Positions 58,065-64,000 of a stretch of 64,000 bases of DNA are shown piece after piece; the first letter of the stretch is position 1; every line of letters begins with the position of its first letter. This stretch comes from Schizosaccharomyces osmophilus (lineage: Eukaryota): the NCBI RefSeq assembly GCF_027921745.1, contig NC_079239.1, positions 124,001-188,000 on the forward strand, in the 5' to 3' direction. The position numbers were made by a program, and so were the translations under genes. The notes beneath the pieces are model-generated. The model made no database searches, was not told the DNA's origin, and saw only the letters and a list, made by a program, of their open reading frames with translations.

Positions 58065-61000
58065 ATGGAGGATTCGAAACTCTTCCAAGAACTAGAACAA
58101 TCAATTCAGGATAATCAGAATTCACCTTCATTTAAGGGCTCTAATAAAGTCCTTCATTTGGCTTTATCATATTTGAACGTTAAACGCCAAGATGCTCACT
58201 GGGTTTGTAATTCACGATCGAAGATTGCTGTACGAGAATGCTTTTTCCTGTTTTCTTTTCAGGATGAAAATGATTTTTTGACATGGTTCAAAAAGCATCT
58301 GGATGAACGCCTTCAAGCTTGCCCTTCCTGCATACTGAGCTATCACCATTTAGTTGATGAATTTAAGACTATATGCCTCAATATTTTTAATTTTGAGCCA
58401 GATACCCTTTCTATAGTCCTTGAGAAAATATTACAATGGGATGTTTCCAGGCTAACGAAGGTTTTGCAACGCATTCCAAAGGTTGATTCTAGCACCTCTT
58501 CGAAACCAATTTTATGCGCTTTTTATGAAATACTGTACAATGTCGAGTTTCTAAAAAATGAAACCCTTTTTGCGTTGTTTCGAAAGAGGTTTTTGGAGGC
58601 CGGATTTCTTCGATTATCTAAGAAGTTGGTCCCAGGGGTCGTCTACCTTTTATTTTCTGACGATGAGGCCTTGAGAAAATGGGCATTTGGTATTCTCAAC
58701 GGTTCTGAAATTATCCCTGCAAATGAATTCTTAAATCTTCAAGCACCCTTCCTTGAGGAAATTCGTGCTATAATTAGCAATGCAGCAAATGAACGTTTTG
58801 TAAAGCGCTTCTTGAATGGGTTTTCAGCTCTATTAAATAATGTTTCGTCTGAATATTTCGACTCTTTGGGAAAACATGGATTTGAACCAATATCCTTTGT
58901 CTTACGCGGATTAAATAAAGCACCGTTGGGTCAATATTCGTCTTATGTAAATTGTTTGCATTTTTTATTAAAATGCTATAGAACCGTGTTTTGGCGAGCC
59001 TCTAATCTTGAACCTTCTCAACTTATAAACCTGGTTTTTGACAGCGAAGCTCATAAACATTGGTTGGAACAGATGATACAGGGAAATGAAGACTGCGAGA
59101 GCGAAATGTTGAACTGGACCATACCTTTTTTAAAATCTATCTCTTTAGAAAAGCATATGCCTAGCGTGCAAATACTGCTCGAGAAGTGTAATGTACCTCT
59201 GAACGAAGCCAAAGAACTCACGTATGCAAGTAATCCTCTGTTTAATTCTATTTGTGAAATTTATTCTTGGCTTTTCAATGAATACTTTGAGACTATTTCT
59301 CATTGCGAGGATTCACAAAAAGCATACGTAGAGTCCTTTCAATTAATTATATGCTCAAATTTTGATGTCTTTTTCTCTAATCTTAAAGATTATGTGAGTC
59401 CTTTTGAGCAACATTCATTTAGAAAGGCTTTCGAATATCGCCTAAATGTTGATGTTTATGCTTTACGACATACTTATCGAAATTACACTCAAAAGCGTAA
59501 AATAAGAAACTTAGACTTGAAATTTACTGAGAAATCTTTATCTGTCTTTTGGAAAAAGTTACTTTCTCTCCTCGTCGAGCGTAGTCATATTTTGGCTAAT
59601 TCTATTTTGCGATCCATCTCCTCTATATATCTCATAGACAAGCTTGATTCGCCGGAAACCAATGATTATAGTAAAGCTGTAGATTCATTTTACCAGTTTT
59701 TGTCTAAAATGTTGATAATTATTCAACGTTGGAATCTTTCTTCTTTGAAATCTTTGTTGGATAATCCTTACAATTTTTCCGCCTTGCTAGGATTTCTTTT
59801 TTCTCCAATTTCTGATATTTCAAATAATGCTTGGACTATAGTGAATTTAATTTCTGTTGCTGAGAACACGAGCGATGCTATAGACAAGTTATTAAAACAT
59901 CGATTTTCCGATTCACTTCGAGCACTCTCAAATATCTATTCACAATGGATCAAATACAGGGATTTCAACAGCGTTAAGCGGCTTATTTATCAAGGAAAGA
60001 TGTTCATAAATCGCCTTTTTCACCCTTTAAATGGTTTATTACATGGCAGTAGCATTTCGTTCAAGGATGAAGAAAATTGTAATGCTTTAAAAGCATATTG
60101 GGACAATTTATGGAAATTTTTTGCCCATTTCTTTATTGTTCTACCAAGCTGGCCGGTAAAGAAAGAAAAGGATGTTCTTGTTGATATAATGCATGTATCG
60201 TTAGACTGTTGCCAAATGCTTATAAAGAGCTTTAATCAAGTTTCTGAATTCATAAATGGCATTGATATTTCAGTGTCCCATTCCAAATCAGAAGCTAGCG
60301 ACGATTCTAAGAAAGCCTTAGCTAATTCGATTTTAAATTCTCTTATTACACTTTCGTACTGGCTTAAGCTAAACGATTCCAATTTATTATCTTCAGTGGT
60401 TAGAATTATTTGTGGTATGCTGAAGTTATTTAATAATTTATCTCTGCCGATCAACCAAAATACTGTTGATATGATTCAAAAGTCATCTACAGCTGGGGAT
60501 GGATCCACGATTCTTGCTTTATCTGAACGTGAAGATTTATTTCTTGCCATTTCACCTTATTTACCTGAGCATTTACAAACAAAACCTTTCCATTTGACTA
60601 CAGAAGAAACATCAAATGTGGGAGAAGCGGCTTTAACCAGTCCAGATATTTATGTTATAGATGAAGAACCCAAACAACAGGAAATACCTTACTCGAAACT
60701 TCAACAAGCTCATACTAAACCTGTTCCTGCTAATGAAGACAAAGGAGCAGCAAATCATTTTACTCTTTCGTCAAAAATGTTGTCCAAGCTTGAAAAAAAG
60801 AAAGATACGACTGAACAGCCACAACTCGCTCGCCGAAATTATATTCAAAAGGTGGGGTCCAAACCTGCTAACTTAGGTATTGGTGATTTATCGGAGTTAC
60901 AGTCACATAGAGCTTTGAACAAATTGGATGCTGTTGCTCCATTAAAGAAGCCAAATTTAGAACCTAAGAGGAACTTACAATTGACTTCAAACGATGCAGA

Positions 61001-63938
61001 ATCTTCCGAATCTGAATCTGAATCCGAGTCAGATTCAGATTCAAATAATAAGGAGAACGAAAACGATGGACTATTCTCTTTAATGCGTGATGCTTCCAAT
61101 CAGAATAAAACAAATGCTCCACGCCGCCAGGTACAGCTTTTAGATATAAATTCCTTGAAGACCAACAACGTTGTACATCCCGCACAACGTCATAGAGAAG
61201 CTCACCAAAGCATTTATACCTCTCGGCATCGTTTGTTTCCTGATATTCAAGGTTTTTACAGAATCCTACTAAGCTGGAACCCTCTGCTCAGTTCTGAAAC
61301 AGCTGCGGATGAAAAAAATTTGAGTTGCCGGAGTATAGAAACTTCATACTCGTCTCCAGAAATCTATGAAAAAACTTTTATGCCTTTCTTATTCAACGAA
61401 TGTTGGGCTCAAATTCGTGCAGCTATTGAAGAAAGCCAATATACACCTTTAGAATTGACATTGAATAGTCGTACCTCGGTTGATAATTTTGTTGAAATAG
61501 GTTTTACCTCTAGAACAATTACTGAGTTACAATATCTCAGTGATACTGACATATGCGTGTTATCCAAGTCAAAAAAACCTAGCTCGCCCGAAAAAAACGA
61601 TACATCAACTCTTGCTAAAATACAGTCTTTGACAAGAAAAAAGGAATCAATTGATATTTTTGTTCGTGTTAATTCTGATGCAAAATCCCTTCAAGAAATG
61701 ATTCCGGGTGCTAGGTTCTACTTACAGAAACTTTTTAGTGCCACAACCAGTCTGCGCGAATACTCTGCGCTAAAGTCACTTTCATATATTAGTCTTTCCA
61801 GAGATATCTTAAATGCCAACGTAATCAAATCCTTGGATGGCGCTGACAATGAAGGTTTAAAAAAAGTCATGAGTTCTTATGGTACTAATGAACCGCAAGC
61901 AAAAGCAATCAGCGCAGCTTCTAGTAGGGAAGGTTTTACGCTTGTACAAGGTCCTCCAGGCACAGGTAAAACAAAGACTATTTTAGGAATGATCGGTGCG
62001 ATTTTGACTTCAAAAGGTCAGGGTTTACGATTTGCCGCCCCTGGGCAATTGAATCCTGTTCAACAAAAACAGAAAAATAGGGTTTTAATTTGCGCCCCTA
62101 GTAATGCTGCGATAGACGAAATTCTAATGCGATTAAAAGACGGTGTATACGATCATGAAGGAATAAAGTTTATGCCCAAAGTAATTCGGATAGGTTTCAC
62201 AGAATCGATTAATGTTCATGCAAAGGAGTTTACATTAGAAGAACAGATGGCTAAACAAATGGAAATCACGAATCTAAAAAAGCATGAAGGATCTTCTGAT
62301 TCTGGTGAGCTCAGAAAGAAACATGACGCTATTCTTTTGGAACGTAACAAGTTAAGGGAAAGTGTTGATTCAGTTCGCCAAGCTGGCAAGGATAGCTCCA
62401 CACTGGAACTAAAACTTAGGGAAGTTACACGTCAAAAAAATGCCCTTGAACAAAGCTTGGATGAAATGCGCAACAGGCAGCAAAGTGCTAATAGGAGTAT
62501 GGATGTAGCTAAAAAACAAATTCAACTTCAACTTCTTCAGGATGCTGACGTAGTTTGCGCGACTTTGTCTGCTAGTGGTCATGAAACATTGCTAAATGCT
62601 AACATAAGTTTCCCTACGGTAATAATAGACGAAGCTGCTCAAGCAGTTGAGCTTAGCTCGCTTATTCCTTTAAAATATGAATGCAAACGTTGCATTATGG
62701 TCGGTGATCCAAACCAATTACCACCAACTGTGCTCTCGAAATCTGCTTCAAAAAATGGCTATGATCAATCACTTTATGTTCGTATGTTTAAAAGGAACCC
62801 AAGTAATACTTATCTTTTAAGCATCCAATATCGAATGCACCCGGAAATCAGCAAATTTCCTAGCCATTACTTTTACCAATCGAAGCTAATTGATGGACCA
62901 AATATGGTTTCTGTTGCAGATCGACCTTGGCATCACGACGCTTTGTTTGGTGTTTATCGTTTCTTTAATGTGGTTAGCAGAGAGTCTATATCAAGATCTA
63001 AATCGTTGTACAACGCGGATGAAGCATCATTTGTCCTTTTATTATATGAGAAACTTTCACAAAACTTCATCAATATAGATTTTGAAGGAAAGATTGGTAT
63101 CGTTACACCTTACCGAAGTCAAGTTCAAGAACTTCGCTACCAATTTCAAAAAAAATTTGGATCTGTCATTTTTAAATACCTTGACATACATACAGTAGAT
63201 GGTTTTCAAGGACAAGAAAAAGACATTATTATTTTCTCTTGCGTCAGGAGCTCCATGGGGAATGGTATAGGTTTCTTGCAAGACGTACGACGTCTGAACG
63301 TTGCTTTGACTAGAGCAAGATCTTCATTGTACATTGTGGGTAGTACTGAACCTTTAATGCAGAATGAAGTTTTTCGCAACCTAATAGAGGACGCCAAAAC
63401 AAGGAAGTGCTGGATGCGTGTTACGTTTGAACAGCTGTTGCATTGGAAATCCGATACAAGGAAGGCAAATTCAAAATCGATCAAGGAGCATAATAATGAG
63501 GGTGATGACTTAATTAGAGAGAAATCGGATAGCTTACCACGAAATGAGCGTTCGCCATCATTAACTCCTTATGCAGAACCGAAACAAGAGATTATTAACG
63601 CGCCCACTTCTTCAGGCTCAAATAATATTGCTAAAGACAAGGAACTAACTCGACGTCCGGGCAATGTAAAAAAACCAGATATGATTAACTCAATATTGCC
63701 CAAGGATCCGTCTAAGGAAAAGAAGGAAGATAAGAAGCAGAAAGGGACCGATGATTCAAGTATGCCGCAGAATAAACGTGAGCGCAGTTTTGGTGACCCG
63801 ACTGATAGTAGAAAGCCAAAAAAGCCCAAAGGAGAGAAAAAGCAGGATGATGACCAAAAAACATCTAAAAAGTCGAAGAAACCAAAATCGAAGTTGGCTT
63901 TGGCGGCTATGGCCCGAGGTTTTCGTCCACCGACTTAG
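58065..63938 (+). CDS. dbl8: Sen1/senataxin-family helicase, probably paralog Dbl8
   Basis: SEN1_N domain, QGPPGTGKT, IIDEAAQ, GDPNQLPPTV, TVDGFQGQEKD, RRLNVALTRA; paralog assigned by recalled synteny with vps902/oxs1. Confidence 0.85.
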   Translation: MEDSKLFQELEQSIQDNQNSPSFKGSNKVLHLALSYLNVKRQDAHWVCNSRSKIAVRECFFLFSFQDENDFLTWFKKHLDERLQACPSCILSYHHLVDEFKTICLNIFNFEPDTLSIVLEKILQWDVSRLTKVLQRIPKVDSSTSSKPILCAFYEILYNVEFLKNETLFALFRKRFLEAGFLRLSKKLVPGVVYLLFSDDEALRKWAFGILNGSEIIPANEFLNLQAPFLEEIRAIISNAANERFVKRFLNGFSALLNNVSSEYFDSLGKHGFEPISFVLRGLNKAPLGQYSSYVNCLHFLLKCYRTVFWRASNLEPSQLINLVFDSEAHKHWLEQMIQGNEDCESEMLNWTIPFLKSISLEKHMPSVQILLEKCNVPLNEAKELTYASNPLFNSICEIYSWLFNEYFETISHCEDSQKAYVESFQLIICSNFDVFFSNLKDYVSPFEQHSFRKAFEYRLNVDVYALRHTYRNYTQKRKIRNLDLKFTEKSLSVFWKKLLSLLVERSHILANSILRSISSIYLIDKLDSPETNDYSKAVDSFYQFLSKMLIIIQRWNLSSLKSLLDNPYNFSALLGFLFSPISDISNNAWTIVNLISVAENTSDAIDKLLKHRFSDSLRALSNIYSQWIKYRDFNSVKRLIYQGKMFINRLFHPLNGLLHGSSISFKDEENCNALKAYWDNLWKFFAHFFIVLPSWPVKKEKDVLVDIMHVSLDCCQMLIKSFNQVSEFINGIDISVSHSKSEASDDSKKALANSILNSLITLSYWLKLNDSNLLSSVVRIICGMLKLFNNLSLPINQNTVDMIQKSSTAGDGSTILALSEREDLFLAISPYLPEHLQTKPFHLTTEETSNVGEAALTSPDIYVIDEEPKQQEIPYSKLQQAHTKPVPANEDKGAANHFTLSSKMLSKLEKKKDTTEQPQLARRNYIQKVGSKPANLGIGDLSELQSHRALNKLDAVAPLKKPNLEPKRNLQLTSNDAESSESESESESDSDSNNKENENDGLFSLMRDASNQNKTNAPRRQVQLLDINSLKTNNVVHPAQRHREAHQSIYTSRHRLFPDIQGFYRILLSWNPLLSSETAADEKNLSCRSIETSYSSPEIYEKTFMPFLFNECWAQIRAAIEESQYTPLELTLNSRTSVDNFVEIGFTSRTITELQYLSDTDICVLSKSKKPSSPEKNDTSTLAKIQSLTRKKESIDIFVRVNSDAKSLQEMIPGARFYLQKLFSATTSLREYSALKSLSYISLSRDILNANVIKSLDGADNEGLKKVMSSYGTNEPQAKAISAASSREGFTLVQGPPGTGKTKTILGMIGAILTSKGQGLRFAAPGQLNPVQQKQKNRVLICAPSNAAIDEILMRLKDGVYDHEGIKFMPKVIRIGFTESINVHAKEFTLEEQMAKQMEITNLKKHEGSSDSGELRKKHDAILLERNKLRESVDSVRQAGKDSSTLELKLREVTRQKNALEQSLDEMRNRQQSANRSMDVAKKQIQLQLLQDADVVCATLSASGHETLLNANISFPTVIIDEAAQAVELSSLIPLKYECKRCIMVGDPNQLPPTVLSKSASKNGYDQSLYVRMFKRNPSNTYLLSIQYRMHPEISKFPSHYFYQSKLIDGPNMVSVADRPWHHDALFGVYRFFNVVSRESISRSKSLYNADEASFVLLLYEKLSQNFINIDFEGKIGIVTPYRSQVQELRYQFQKKFGSVIFKYLDIHTVDGFQGQEKDIIIFSCVRSSMGNGIGFLQDVRRLNVALTRARSSLYIVGSTEPLMQNEVFRNLIEDAKTRKCWMRVTFEQLLHWKSDTRKANSKSIKEHNNEGDDLIREKSDSLPRNERSPSLTPYAEPKQEIINAPTSSGSNNIAKDKELTRRPGNVKKPDMINSILPKDPSKEKKEDKKQKGTDDSSMPQNKRERSFGDPTDSRKPKKPKGEKKQDDDQKTSKKSKKPKSKLALAAMARGFRPPT

Positions 63939-64000
63939 TTTGAAAGAAATTGATAATGTGCATGGTTCATCTCATAGTGGTGACTTGACTATTTTGCTTC

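Noticed and set aside
61008..61043. Hexamer repeats encoding SE/SD runs in dbl8 (and the ckb2 tail)
   Set aside because: Ordinary acidic low-complexity coding tracts, not a CRISPR-like or mobile repeat array.

Overview
Eukaryotic, intron-containing fission-yeast DNA. The proteins, short GT..AG introns and dispersed 5S genes point to a non-pombe Schizosaccharomyces, probably the S. octosporus/osmophilus/cryophilus clade (inference). From about 6.7 kb onward the window is housekeeping genes in blocks that follow S. pombe chromosome II order as I recall it: gtb1, cwf12, pch1, MARCH E3, duo1, rum1, pgm1, tdh1, tfb5, tvp18, mni1, ubr1; then an apparent rearrangement join; then rpc25, hmt2, tkt1, erv41, ctu1, ckb2, CCDC47, two tRNA-Phe, cyb5, lam1, orc1, rec8, atp7, CCDC124, vps902, dbl8. 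The accessory part is at the left. Two same-orientation 5S rRNA genes (2052-2170, 6160-6278) enclose a divergent gene pair. One is an intact 5-exon wtf-type poison/antidote meiotic-driver gene (minus, 2883-3925), with a PPPY exon 1 and an in-frame exon-2 ATG. The other is a 2-exon membrane-protein gene (plus, 4969-5830; probable wag). Its N-terminus carries Wtf-antidote hallmarks (KNKY, LPRY, DLEKG, PPYS then M), but it lacks the intron that houses the poison promoter, so it may be a built-in antidote-only partner. All exon models were derived by hand and no database searches were run.
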